A stretch of 34,672 nt of DNA from the IMG/VR virus record IMGVR_UViG_3300040801_005898, one strand, 5' to 3'. Source of the stretch: a virus. A program made the position numbers and the translations under genes. The notes under the pieces were generated by a model that saw only the letters and a program-made list of their open reading frames with translations, was not told the origin of the DNA and did not search any database. Below are positions 8,550 to 18,402 of this stretch, in pieces. Position 1 is the first letter of the stretch, and each line of letters begins with the position of its first letter.

Positions 8550-11438
8550 TTAATCAGGCGGTGAATAGGTTGGGTTGAGACGCGATCGCCATAATTGCAA
8601 GTCGCTTTTTATTATAGTGTAAATGAAGATTTGTTGCAACTCAATATTTTGGATATCTGGTTCGACTTGCTTAGGTTTAATCTTATCCCATTTCAACGGC
8701 AAGTCTCTCCGAGGTACTAACTGAAGGTTAACCCCATTGGAGGTGACTAAAGGACGCTGATTTGCTATCCCTTGAAAATTTACCGAAAAAGAAACCCCAG
8801 TTACTATCCTACGCCGAATTTCATTGTTAATAACACAATCAAGGCGATCGCCTTCTTTAATTTTTAAATATTTGGGGTCAAAAACTAAGGATAAACTTTC
8901 CGAGGGACCGCTTCTAACATTGCTTAAAATATAATCAGTTTCCGCGCCAGTCTTAGCTTCTTTGATGTTTTTAGCTTGGGTGTAATTAATTTCTTCTGCT
9001 AATAAAATGTCATCAGCTAAACTGGTTTTGCCTACTGGCCTTAGACCAAAATAATTTGGGTTTTGTTTCTCAAAAGAATTAGTGCTGGCATAAAATTCGT
9101 ACTTGGTCTCATTATCAACTTTATTAGGCTCGTTATCTTCTTTAGGTTCCTCCCTTTCCTCAACTCTTCTTTCTGCAATTGGCAATTTGCCTTGAGAAGT
9201 CTTATCAAAACTCCTAGAACGAGTTCCAGAAGCATTCCCCGTCCATTCAAAAGTATATTCTTTGTAAAATTCTTTCTTTACAAAAGGATAGATTTTGCGG
9301 TCAGTTTTGTCAAAAGCTTTGTACTCTAAAACATTGTACATTTCCTCGCCAATTTTTAACGTTTCTGACACTTCTTTAGGCAGTTTCTCTAAGTCAAAAG
9401 ACTGTAAAACTCCATTAACCCAATTCTGAATACCGTATTCGGGATTATCTATTTCTGAATACTCAGTTTTAAGATGGGATTTTTTCTTAAGATAATACAT
9501 GGGAGCAATATCTTTATCCAAACGGTCTGCCGCATAAGTGGCTTGACCATTAGGCAAGCATTTAATATATGCTTTCCCAAACTTACTGGGACGCTCGATG
9601 CCAGGATACGGGTCGAGCATAGAATTTAATTCTCTGGCCTCTTGTTCAAAAATAGGAACTACCCGGAACTCGTACAAAGGAGCGATCGCCCCCACAAATA
9701 GCCGAATTAAACTGGTTATTATTGCTTTTTTAGCGGTAATTGCGGCTTGTAAAGAGCCAATATCCTCAGCCAAGGTTGTAGAGATTTCGCTGACAGAACT
9801 GGCTAAGTCTTCTGGTGGGTTCCCCGCTGCTACTGGAATGTTCCAATTTTTTAAATTATTTTGAATTTTGCCGATCGCTTTCTGCACTTGATAATAATCG
9901 GACCCCAACCCGGCTTCTTTACTAACAATTACAAATGCCTCGATCGCGTCAAAAACATCTTTGGCGTTAATGTCCACCAACAGTTTCCCGATGTGGTCTT
10001 CGTTTATCAAGTCATCGACGTCGCCAGTTAACGACTCAAATAATGCTTTAATTATTGCGGTTTCTGGCACGCTGCCGCCTGATGACTCATCTCGATATCG
10101 AACTAGCCTCCACCCTTGAGACTTGAAGCCTAAATAATAATCATAATCGCCATACTCTTTTGTCATTACGGTCTCTTCAACCATTCTCCACTGGGGGGCG
10201 ATCGCGATATTTTCCCATTTATATCCATCTTCCCCCGTGTTAACCCACTGCCAGCAGTCTCTTCCATAAAAGACATAACCATAAGTTTGAGTTCGCTTTT
10301 CAATTTCAATATCATCCTCCATTATGGTAATGACCTTGACTTTCTTGGGGCCGTTGGGATAGCAAAGAGCAACATCTTTAATTAACCCTTGATTTTCTGG
10401 GGGTTGCTCTGCATTTTCGTCTCCAGAAGGTAACTCTACTCGCACTGGTGGAATTTGAGAGGATGGTCGGTTATCTTTTTTGTCGGGCAAAGTGTCCTCT
10501 GCTTCTTCTGGGAAAGTTACCTTTTTCGGCGGCCACCAGATATCTCCTAAAGGCCAAGGTAAATCCTCTTCTCTTAATGGCGGTTCTGGTGGGGGAACTG
10601 GTTTTGCCGTGCCAATTCCTACAGATTCGCATAAGTAGAAGTTTTTGTTTTCTGGATCGAAGCGATCGCTATGATAATAATCCCCTTTTACCTGAGTGTT
10701 GATTTCTGAGGAGATGTCGCTTTCTGGGATTTTCCATAATTCAGTCTGCCAAAGCCTTTTTGCTTCAATTTGTCTGGGGTTAGAATAAAAGCGAAAACAC
10801 CCGTTTATTGATAGCAAGCTAGTTAATATTTCTTCTACCGTTACCGTGGTTTTGGGGTCAATATATGGGGCAACTTCTATCCACCAATGACTACCATCCC
10901 CTGAGAATTTAGCTTCTGCTTTACGAGCTAATTTGCTTAGTTTAATCTTGGTCTTTTTAGATATTTGAGGTAATTTTTGCAAGCATTCTGGGTGCAATTT
11001 GTCGATGCTATCAACAAAATCTACTAAAGCTATTTTTTTCGTTATTGCCTTTTCCCACACTCCTGTTAGCGAGCAGTCAACACCAATTAATTGTTGGGGA
11101 TATTCATTATCTTTTGGCTCTTTAAAAGCTAAGTTTTCAACAACAAAATCTAACTCAAAAAAAGTAAAAATAGTGCCTATTCTAAACGCATTTAAAATAT
11201 CCTCTTTAAGGTTTCTGTAGGTAACAAACGTAAAGTTTGCAGTAGGATGTTCTTCAAAACTTCTGCTAATAGTAAGCTCCCCTTCCATAGAAATAGCCGC
11301 CAAAACTTTTGGCATGAGTTCGTCTGGAACCCGGTTATGCCTGGTGCATTTTGGTTTTGCTATTACTTCTATTTCTGGGGAAAATTGACTGAAGTCTAAT
11401 AGTCCCCAATTGGTTATGTTAGGTGTTTGTACTGGCAT
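8550..11438 (-). CDS. Large putative tail/baseplate structural protein
   Basis: 962 aa; the C-terminal IKEGDRL...RRIVTGVSF pattern is typical of tail hub or tip proteins; phage late-gene context. Confidence 0.55.
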   Translation of the reverse strand: MPVQTPNITNWGLLDFSQFSPEIEVIAKPKCTRHNRVPDELMPKVLAAISMEGELTISRSFEEHPTANFTFVTYRNLKEDILNAFRIGTIFTFFELDFVVENLAFKEPKDNEYPQQLIGVDCSLTGVWEKAITKKIALVDFVDSIDKLHPECLQKLPQISKKTKIKLSKLARKAEAKFSGDGSHWWIEVAPYIDPKTTVTVEEILTSLLSINGCFRFYSNPRQIEAKRLWQTELWKIPESDISSEINTQVKGDYYHSDRFDPENKNFYLCESVGIGTAKPVPPPEPPLREEDLPWPLGDIWWPPKKVTFPEEAEDTLPDKKDNRPSSQIPPVRVELPSGDENAEQPPENQGLIKDVALCYPNGPKKVKVITIMEDDIEIEKRTQTYGYVFYGRDCWQWVNTGEDGYKWENIAIAPQWRMVEETVMTKEYGDYDYYLGFKSQGWRLVRYRDESSGGSVPETAIIKALFESLTGDVDDLINEDHIGKLLVDINAKDVFDAIEAFVIVSKEAGLGSDYYQVQKAIGKIQNNLKNWNIPVAAGNPPEDLASSVSEISTTLAEDIGSLQAAITAKKAIITSLIRLFVGAIAPLYEFRVVPIFEQEARELNSMLDPYPGIERPSKFGKAYIKCLPNGQATYAADRLDKDIAPMYYLKKKSHLKTEYSEIDNPEYGIQNWVNGVLQSFDLEKLPKEVSETLKIGEEMYNVLEYKAFDKTDRKIYPFVKKEFYKEYTFEWTGNASGTRSRSFDKTSQGKLPIAERRVEEREEPKEDNEPNKVDNETKYEFYASTNSFEKQNPNYFGLRPVGKTSLADDILLAEEINYTQAKNIKEAKTGAETDYILSNVRSGPSESLSLVFDPKYLKIKEGDRLDCVINNEIRRRIVTGVSFSVNFQGIANQRPLVTSNGVNLQLVPRRDLPLKWDKIKPKQVEPDIQNIELQQIFIYTIIKSDLQLWRSRLNPTYSPPD

Positions 11439-11493
11439 GGGTGCTGTGGAATGGGTTTTTTGTGGTGTTGATTAATTAGCCAATTAAGATAAC

Positions 11494-11522
11494 AATTGCT
11501 ATAATAATTGCTATAATAATTG
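11494..11522 (+). repeat. 12-bp tandem duplication containing two TATAAT boxes
   Basis: AATTGCTATAAT x2 plus AATTG; each copy is a TGnTATAAT extended -10 upstream of the antirepressor-like gene. Confidence 0.7.
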
Positions 11523-11586
11523 AAATGCCCCTCGCGAGATGTCTGTCTCCAGGGACAGTAGTTAACCTAATCAGGAGGTTCACCAC

Positions 11587-12330
11587 ATGGACAAGTTTAT
11601 CATATCCGAGTTCGATGGTCAAAAAGTCCGAGCAACAGAAGATGGCCAATTTTCTGTGTTTGATGTTTTAGTAGCATTTATTCCAACAGCAGTTCGGAAT
11701 GGCAAAAAGGGTAAAGCAATTAATCCTAGACAAGTTTTAAAATCAATCACAGAGCGCAATCCAGAAGTTGTCCAATTTTTAAACAACTTCAAGTTTCCCG
11801 GTCGCGGACAACGAGAAACCCCAATAACGAATGAGGAAGGCATCTATCAAATATTGATGCTATGTCCAGGACAGCGAGGGGCAGAGTTTCGGAAATGGGC
11901 AGCAAATCTGATAGAGCGTTACCGCAAAGCAGATGGTTCGTTGGCAGAAGAAGTTGTAGAACGCCAAACGACTAATCAGGCTAAACGAACGTCTAAACGC
12001 ATCGAAGGAATAGTCCGCCGCAAGATAGAGACAGATACACTTCAGGCTCACGGCATAGAAAAGGGATTAGAGTACGCAATCTGTACCAACAAAACTTACA
12101 CAGGATTATTTGGAAAGTCCGCTAAAGAATTAAAGGTTGAACGAGGTTTGAGAAAGAAAGAATCGCTTCGGGATAATATGACCAACGTTGAACTATCCGC
12201 TTTGTCATTTGCTGAGTCCTTAGCAGCCCAAGAGATAGAAGCTAAAGACCTCTACGGTATTAATCCCTGCGGCAACGCTTGTCATTCCACTGCGTCCGAT
12301 GTCCGCTCTGTACTTAGAAAATACCAATAG
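11587..12330 (+). CDS. Bro-N domain antirepressor-like DNA-binding protein with DinD-type C-terminus
   Basis: N-terminus VRATEDGQFSVFDVL...FPGRGQRETP...FRKWAA; C-terminus YTGLFGKSAKELK..RGL...SLRDNMTNVEL; GGAGG SD upstream. Confidence 0.75.
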   Translation: MDKFIISEFDGQKVRATEDGQFSVFDVLVAFIPTAVRNGKKGKAINPRQVLKSITERNPEVVQFLNNFKFPGRGQRETPITNEEGIYQILMLCPGQRGAEFRKWAANLIERYRKADGSLAEEVVERQTTNQAKRTSKRIEGIVRRKIETDTLQAHGIEKGLEYAICTNKTYTGLFGKSAKELKVERGLRKKESLRDNMTNVELSALSFAESLAAQEIEAKDLYGINPCGNACHSTASDVRSVLRKYQ

Positions 12331-12357
12331 ACTCGATAACAAAGATTAGCCTTGAAC

Positions 12358-15300
12358 TCAACGGATTTTGATGATATTATTTTGTCGATAAAACCGGGAG
12401 CGATCGCTCTCAGAAGGTGGTAGGTAAAATTCAAAGTACCGAGTTAATGGGTAGCGATCGCTGAAATAAGAATCAAACTTTAACTTATTTGCTAACTCTT
12501 CAATATTCTTAGGTTTAATGCCCATGCCTTTTAAAAATATCTCAATGGCATAAGGAGTTCGGGGAATTGAATAAGTCCCACCGGTACCGGGAATGTCAAT
12601 AACCAAGTTAGGGACTGTCGCAGTGGTTCCTTCCTCTACGCTGGCGGGAACGATACGGCCTGCTTTCATTTCTTGAAGTACCTGTTGAGCGATGTACTGT
12701 TGCTGAGAGTTACTAACTCCAACATTAGCTTTCTTCTCCTCTTTTTGTGCCTTGGCACTTGCCTTCTCAAATAGCTCGCTACCACGGCTATAGTCTTTAA
12801 GGTTGTCTGCTTCTGGAAGTTTAATAACCTCTCGTTCGGTTGCGGGTACGGCAGGGCTAAGTTCGGTTTCATTGCCAAACAAGTCTCGTTCGATAACCGC
12901 ATCTTTACCAGGGATGGTTTTGATTTCTGTTTGAGTAGTCTTTTGGGATTCCCAGTAGTCATTGTTGATGGGATACTCCGAAAGACTGAGACTTAGATTA
13001 TTTAACCCGCGATTTAACCTGCTAGTGATTTCTTCACCATACTGTTTTTTGCCTAATCTAGATAAAGTATCTTCTTTGACATCCGTTTTAGCAATCGCTC
13101 TTTGCAAGACTTCCGGCATTGAGTCGTCATCCTTTGCCCACCCATTTCCGTTTTTCAATTGTACGATACTGTGAAGTTCGCCAATGTCTTTTAACTTGTT
13201 GTTTGCCATTAAATTCTCGGTATTCCCATTGACAAAATCCTGAATATCTTTAGCGTTTAAATTTACACCTTTGTTTAGTAAAAAAGCGGCAGTAAGCGAG
13301 TCTTGTTTTTTGCCTCCAGTGACTCTCAAACCGCTTTGTTTATGAACCACGCTGTACCTAGTATTAGACCTATGTCCGCTTTCATAAATCATCGTTTTTT
13401 GGTTAAATTTATCTCGATCTGGGGTAGGAACAGGAGTAACGATAAAATCACTATCTTTTTGACCTTTTGGCACAATTGACTTCGTTTTAACCATCAACCC
13501 ATTGTCAACGATGTGGACATACTCACCCCCTGATTGAGTTCTTAGTCCTTCTTTTAACCTGTCGTAAGTAGCAGATGCTAGTTCTCTTTGATGCTTTTGT
13601 TGATTGCTGCTCATATTAGCTTTATTTTTTTTAGTTAATTGCTTATGGACTTGGATCGCTTCATCTGCGGGGCCTTTCATCTTGCTATCATCATTAGATG
13701 ATACTTTCCTTGCTATATCCACCCGTTCTTTGGGCATGAATTTTGCTGCATTTTCGAGATTCCCTTCTCGTTCTATCCTTTGTTTTTCTTCTCTCTCTAT
13801 AAACCTTCTTGACCACTCTTGTTCTTGCTTTTCTTGCTTGTAAATATTAGCAGCTTCCTGATCTATAACATCGCTGGAAGGGTCGGATTGTCCATAGTTT
13901 TTATACCGATCTTTTGCTTGATGCCTATATTTCTCGATTTCCTCAGCGTTTAAAACGCTCATGCTTTCTCTTGCCTTAATACTTTCCCTCTTTAGATTTT
14001 CTTCTCTCCTTGTTCTCTCTCTTATTTTGCGTTCCTCTAGTTCTTTTTCTTTCTGAACTCGGCGAGCATTAGCACTCCTCTCGCTCCTTTTTTTCTTTTC
14101 ATTCAAGAGTCTTTGGTCGTTTTCGCTTTTTTCTAAGTCGGATAATTGGTGATTTTCTGCAATTGTTAAAGCTTTTTCCCCGTATTGGCCAGGAAGAGCT
14201 ATTGCATTTTTAAAATCCACTGTTGCACGGTCAATATCTTTTTTGGAGATGTCTTTGTTTAAAATATTAGACTGGATCAAGACTTTAGACAGTTCAACAG
14301 ATTGCTTTTTATTCCTTCCTTTAGCAAAGGATAATTCTTCTCCTGTTTTTAAATTATAAAGATGATACTTTTTCCCTCTTTCTTCTATTCCAATGGATTC
14401 GTCTAAGGTGATTCCATCTACCTTCTTGCGTTCCCACCTTGATGTTCCTCGATTATATTTTTCAACGTCAAATCCACCTTGCTTTTCTACTGGCTCTGGA
14501 AGGCTGTCCTTCCAAGACTTAAATGATTTAAAATCTCTGGCTAGCACCATTTTAGGCTTAGGCTTAGGATTAGTATCTTTTTCTGCTTTACGCTTCTCAA
14601 CTGCTTCTTTACCTCGTTGGGCAGTAGAAGATAGGTTTTCTGTGGAGCGATCGCTACTTTCCTTCTTTTCTGCCTTCCGCTTTTCCACCGCTTTTCTACC
14701 AGCTTCAACATTGGCTTTTTTATCCCGCTTTTTCTGAGCAGTTATCTCCTTTAAAATAGCCTGTTTTTCAGCAGGAGTTTTAGCATTAGCATATTTATCC
14801 CGAAGCCCTCTGACGACATTAGACTCTTTAGCAGCACGTTCTTTTAATACTTTTCTTGCCGCATCTTTGTCTTTGATTTCTGCCTCGGTTTTAGCTATCT
14901 TCTCAACAAATTGTTCTCGTTGTTTAGATGGTCCTTTAACTTTTTCATAAACCGGGCGATCGCCTGTCTTTTTAGCAGTTTTTCTCTGTCTCCATTTCTC
15001 ACTAGCACGCATATCTCGCTGCTTCTTAATATCCGCAGCCTTCTTACTTAAAACGTTAGACAATTCGGGCGATTCTTTCTTAACTGCCGCCGCTCTTGCT
15101 TGTAATTTCTGAAGTCTTTTGCCTCTCAAATTAGCAGTTTTAGATTTTCTATTTTTGCGATCGCCCTCCCCGGCCTTAACATGACATTCATGCAAAATAG
15201 AGATACAAGTGTTCCCGCACCGATAACTTTTATCTTTGCACTTTTTATTAAACTTAGCATCAGTACGTTCCACTGGCAACGAAAGTTTGACCCATTGCAA

Positions 15301-15576
15301 CATTGCCTCATGTTCGGTAGAATCTTTTCTCCGATGTCTCAAATAAGGCCGATAGCTAACATCTTCCCCATTAATTTTAAACTGAAAAACCCGGTTATTG
15401 CTGACATTACGAAACTTTCCAGATAGCGACCCATTATCTGCTATTTCTATATCTAGAACCTCGACTCTTTCCCCATAGAAATCATCTTGACTCAGCAACG
15501 CCCCAGTTACTTTCATAACGTCTTCCACCGTGTCAATGCCATCATTTTTAACTTCTGAATCAGTAATATACATCAT
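12358..15576 (-). CDS. Large, highly charged phage protein with a Cys-rich motif; probable capsid cargo or polyvalent-type protein
   Basis: Likely start ATG 15576 (MMYITD). RTDA followed by KKCKDKSYRCGNTCISILHECH, long K/E/R coiled coils, and a C-terminal VIDIPGTGGTYSIP segment. Confidence 0.65.
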   Translation of the reverse strand: MMYITDSEVKNDGIDTVEDVMKVTGALLSQDDFYGERVEVLDIEIADNGSLSGKFRNVSNNRVFQFKINGEDVSYRPYLRHRRKDSTEHEAMLQWVKLSLPVERTDAKFNKKCKDKSYRCGNTCISILHECHVKAGEGDRKNRKSKTANLRGKRLQKLQARAAAVKKESPELSNVLSKKAADIKKQRDMRASEKWRQRKTAKKTGDRPVYEKVKGPSKQREQFVEKIAKTEAEIKDKDAARKVLKERAAKESNVVRGLRDKYANAKTPAEKQAILKEITAQKKRDKKANVEAGRKAVEKRKAEKKESSDRSTENLSSTAQRGKEAVEKRKAEKDTNPKPKPKMVLARDFKSFKSWKDSLPEPVEKQGGFDVEKYNRGTSRWERKKVDGITLDESIGIEERGKKYHLYNLKTGEELSFAKGRNKKQSVELSKVLIQSNILNKDISKKDIDRATVDFKNAIALPGQYGEKALTIAENHQLSDLEKSENDQRLLNEKKKRSERSANARRVQKEKELEERKIRERTRREENLKRESIKARESMSVLNAEEIEKYRHQAKDRYKNYGQSDPSSDVIDQEAANIYKQEKQEQEWSRRFIEREEKQRIEREGNLENAAKFMPKERVDIARKVSSNDDSKMKGPADEAIQVHKQLTKKNKANMSSNQQKHQRELASATYDRLKEGLRTQSGGEYVHIVDNGLMVKTKSIVPKGQKDSDFIVTPVPTPDRDKFNQKTMIYESGHRSNTRYSVVHKQSGLRVTGGKKQDSLTAAFLLNKGVNLNAKDIQDFVNGNTENLMANNKLKDIGELHSIVQLKNGNGWAKDDDSMPEVLQRAIAKTDVKEDTLSRLGKKQYGEEITSRLNRGLNNLSLSLSEYPINNDYWESQKTTQTEIKTIPGKDAVIERDLFGNETELSPAVPATEREVIKLPEADNLKDYSRGSELFEKASAKAQKEEKKANVGVSNSQQQYIAQQVLQEMKAGRIVPASVEEGTTATVPNLVIDIPGTGGTYSIPRTPYAIEIFLKGMGIKPKNIEELANKLKFDSYFSDRYPLTRYFEFYLPPSESDRSRFYRQNNIIKIR

Positions 15577-15587
15577 TTTTAATAACC

Positions 15588-16034
15588 TTAAGTAAAACGT
15601 CTTTCGTCTGGTTTTTTTCTTAAAAATAAAGTGTAAGCTAGCGGATTTTTGCGGTCCAGAGTCACAAATTCTCCTTCCCATCCACCAACAATTTGATTGT
15701 TAATCAATTGTGCTTCTACCCAAAAAGAAACCCCGGTAGCTTGCAACCAATCCAAACTTAAAGATTTATCAATTCCCGCCAACTCAAAGCTATCATCTTT
15801 AACAGTAATATTGCTAAATTTTGGCGAATATTGAGAAGCATTTTCCTTCTTTAAAACTAAATTATCTAGCTGTATTTTCTCTTCATATTTTTTACCGTTG
15901 CTATCAGCAAATCGACGTGACAAAACTAGGCTGACAACATGACCGTCTAGCCCAAAAATAGAAGCGATATTCGCTGCTGATTTAGAACGAATATCGCGAC
16001 AAATTCTTTGCAAGTTAGTACCGTTATTATTCAC
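15588..16034 (-). CDS. Putative head-closure/neck protein
   Basis: 148 aa, beta-rich C-terminus, downstream of the DUF4054 gene. Confidence 0.45.
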   Translation of the reverse strand: MNNNGTNLQRICRDIRSKSAANIASIFGLDGHVVSLVLSRRFADSNGKKYEEKIQLDNLVLKKENASQYSPKFSNITVKDDSFELAGIDKSLSLDWLQATGVSFWVEAQLINNQIVGGWEGEFVTLDRKNPLAYTLFLRKKPDERRFT

Positions 16035-16042
16035 TTTACAAA

Positions 16043-16279
16043 TTAATTAGAAGTTCCAAACACTTCATCTACTGTAATACCTTGATTGGCGAACATTCTT
16101 GCTTGCTGAATTGCAAATAAAGCCATTTTTCGGCAATCTTCATCTTTAACTTCTTGCATAATTACTTGAGCTAATTCGAGAGACATCTTATTAACTCGTT
16201 CATGCTTTTGCTTCCTTTCTTCCGTAGTAGGAGGATGATATGTGAAAAATTCAGACACATTTTCTAGCGTGAGTTGCAT
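16043..16279 (-). CDS. Acb2/Tad1-family helical-hairpin anti-defence sponge
   Basis: FTYHPP...K.E.V....ELA..I....D...R..A..AIQQARMFANQGI matches the F.YH.P...A...L.EA.MWAN..IA pattern of the family. Confidence 0.7.
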   Translation of the reverse strand: MQLTLENVSEFFTYHPPTTEERKQKHERVNKMSLELAQVIMQEVKDEDCRKMALFAIQQARMFANQGITVDEVFGTSN

Positions 16280-16289
16280 TGATTTTTGT

Positions 16290-16347
16290 TTTTTAACTAA
16301 ACTACAAAGCCGGTTTTATTTTTAACTAAACTACAAAGCCGGTTTTA
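16290..16347. repeat. Exact 29-bp tandem duplication
   Basis: TTTTTAACTAAACTACAAAGCCGGTTTTA at 16290-16318 and 16319-16347. Confidence 0.95.
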
Positions 16348-16685
16348 GGGAGCGATCGCCATAGGTTCAAATACCGCTGGCCGTAAATAGTCGATCCAAA
16401 CTCGCCCCCATCTTTCAAACCTTCCATCTTTGGTAGCGACATAACCTTCCCCGCCACCGACTCTACCGCCACCGAAGCGATCGCTCCCTTTTGATATAGC
16501 GACAACGCTAACCAATGGGCTGTTAAAAGAGCGATCGCTTCCCTTCTGCCATCTATATCGCACCAGGTAGAACGACCGCACTTTTGATGGGCTGACTTTA
16601 AGTTCCAGAGAATAGACTCGCGATCCATTAAAGCAAACTCTGAAAAAATCTCGATAAATTGCTCTGGTTCTAAGATTAAGTCCAT
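16326..16685 (-). CDS. DUF4054-family head-tail connector
   Basis: F...FSEFA, AIALLTAHWLAL and STIYGQRYLNL motifs; follows the capsid genes. Confidence 0.8.
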   Translation of the reverse strand: MDLILEPEQFIEIFSEFALMDRESILWNLKSAHQKCGRSTWCDIDGRREAIALLTAHWLALSLYQKGAIASVAVESVAGKVMSLPKMEGLKDGGEFGSTIYGQRYLNLWRSLPKTGFVV

Positions 16686-16999
16686 CAGTCTTTTTTCGGT
16701 GGAGGTCGTTCGAGTTTATTTGAAAGGGTGGAAGAAGGTACAGGGATAGGTTCTGGAGGCTCTTCTTTTTTCTCAGGTTGCCGAAACTTCTCAGATTTTT
16801 CCGATTTAGCAGAAAGAGACAATTCTCCAGATTCAATTAGTGGTTTAAATCTGACACTGCGACTCATAACCTCCCAATCCTCCCTGTCGATATAAACCAC
16901 TTTGTTAGGTGGTAAAGAATAACTCTTCCCCCCTAACTGGCAAGGTAATGGAGGAGCATTTTTTTCTTTTGGGCTGTACTTAATAGGGATGGATGCCAT
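16685..16999 (-). CDS. Hypothetical head-associated protein
   Basis: 104 aa; N-domain (IKY...P...LPPN....D...WE) resembles that of the upstream gene. Confidence 0.6.
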   Translation of the reverse strand: MASIPIKYSPKEKNAPPLPCQLGGKSYSLPPNKVVYIDREDWEVMSRSVRFKPLIESGELSLSAKSEKSEKFRQPEKKEEPPEPIPVPSSTLSNKLERPPPKKD

Positions 17000-17011
17000 G
17001 ATTTCTCTAAG

Positions 17012-17473
17012 TTAAGAACTGGGGGAAGAAACTCCAGATTGAAACTTGCTAACTGCTGTTTTTTTAGCCTCAGTAGAGGTCTTTTCGGCAGTTTTGCCTT
17101 GCCCTTTAGCAGGTTCCAAAGGTTCCTGATTAGCCTTAGATGCCACTCTAGCTGGTTTCGGTTCGACATCTACAACAGCAGATTGTACCTGCTTTTTGCT
17201 AGAATCATTCGATTTTTCACTAGCATCAATAATCTGGTATTTATTCTCATCTTTCCCAATTAACGGTGGTTGAATTATCGCAGTATAATCGGGCGAGTAA
17301 AGCAACCTTTGTTGCAACAACTCTTGCGTTCTGGGAATCTTTTTGATTTCCTCCCACATATCCACATCAAGTTCATTGCTTCCTGGATATATCTGGACAA
17401 GCGATCGTTGAATGGGAAAGACCAAAGGACCGTTGTCTGCTGGAACTTGATAACTGATTTTTGTTATTACCAT
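17012..17473 (-). CDS. Hypothetical head-associated protein
   Basis: 153 aa directly after the major capsid gene; IYPGSNELD...WE motif and low-complexity tail. Confidence 0.6.
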   Translation of the reverse strand: MVITKISYQVPADNGPLVFPIQRSLVQIYPGSNELDVDMWEEIKKIPRTQELLQQRLLYSPDYTAIIQPPLIGKDENKYQIIDASEKSNDSSKKQVQSAVVDVEPKPARVASKANQEPLEPAKGQGKTAEKTSTEAKKTAVSKFQSGVSSPSS

Positions 17474-17485
17474 TTTAGTACCCTT

Positions 17486-18394
17486 TTAATACCAAAAGCC
17501 TTCTACTATAACAGCAGAAAGGCGGTTTTTATAGCGAACTCCCGCAATTCTTTCGTGAACCAAGTAAGTGTTGCAAACTTGGCTTTCCGACTGAATTAAC
17601 TGCTCTAAGGGATGGGGGACATGAAATTCTACATATCTAGGATCCCTGTTATAAAACAACATTGCAGGAGTTTCATTGATGCCTGCGATATCGCACCACA
17701 CCGCGTCATCAACCATCTCAATTTGGGGATTAGACTCTCGAAACGCACGCATCACGGTAGTTGGGTCGTGTTCGCTACGCCGTTTAGAATACATATATGT
17801 CAGCAACTTTGATGGCATAATTACTGCATTAGCTTTTAAAACCGTCTTGGTCAAAGTGGTGTAAATAGCGTTTGCCCACTCGGTTAAAGAGTCCACGGCA
17901 TCATCCGCTGATAATGCCGGGTCGTTAAAATTAACTGTTGAAACAATTCGAGGCAGTCTGGCGCTAAAAAGGCCGTGAATACCTTGGCTAGGAGCGCCTA
18001 GATAAGCGATTTCATCTTCCAATGCGCGAATTAATTCTCCAGCCGCCATCGCTTTTTCAGAACTAACTTCAAAATTAGCAAATGCAGCTTCTCTCGCCTC
18101 TTGGAAATTAATCTCGTACTCTGCCTCTGCCGAATAAATAGGAATCGTGTCGGGAGCGCCTAATAATTCAACTTTAGGTACATCATAGCCGGGACGAGAA
18201 GTTAACCGGGCTCTACCACTATAGTCAATATGTTGGCGAGTCAGATATCTAGCACCAGGACCACCCTCAAAATTTAAAGGAACGTGGTCTCTGCCCTTAC
18301 GCTCTGGATATTCTGCTTTAATAAGTTCTTGGAAATTATACTCGGCAGCGCGAGCCATAATTGCCGGGCCGTCAATAGAATCTAGTCGTTGCAT
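17486..18394 (-). CDS. Major capsid protein, DUF2184 (encapsulin/linocin-like HK97 fold)
   Basis: EDEIAYLG....IHGL, VIMP and RIAGV..Y patterns; 302 aa; follows the DUF2213 and decoration genes. Confidence 0.85.
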   Translation of the reverse strand: MQRLDSIDGPAIMARAAEYNFQELIKAEYPERKGRDHVPLNFEGGPGARYLTRQHIDYSGRARLTSRPGYDVPKVELLGAPDTIPIYSAEAEYEINFQEAREAAFANFEVSSEKAMAAGELIRALEDEIAYLGAPSQGIHGLFSARLPRIVSTVNFNDPALSADDAVDSLTEWANAIYTTLTKTVLKANAVIMPSKLLTYMYSKRRSEHDPTTVMRAFRESNPQIEMVDDAVWCDIAGINETPAMLFYNRDPRYVEFHVPHPLEQLIQSESQVCNTYLVHERIAGVRYKNRLSAVIVEGFWY

Positions 18395-18402
18395 ACTTTT
18401 TA

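Noticed and set aside
16290-16347. Mini-CRISPR array
   Set aside because: The two copies abut with no spacer; this is a simple duplication of a gene end.
17486-18394. Encapsulin or bacteriocin nanocompartment
   Set aside because: The portal, protease and terminase context shows a true phage capsid.
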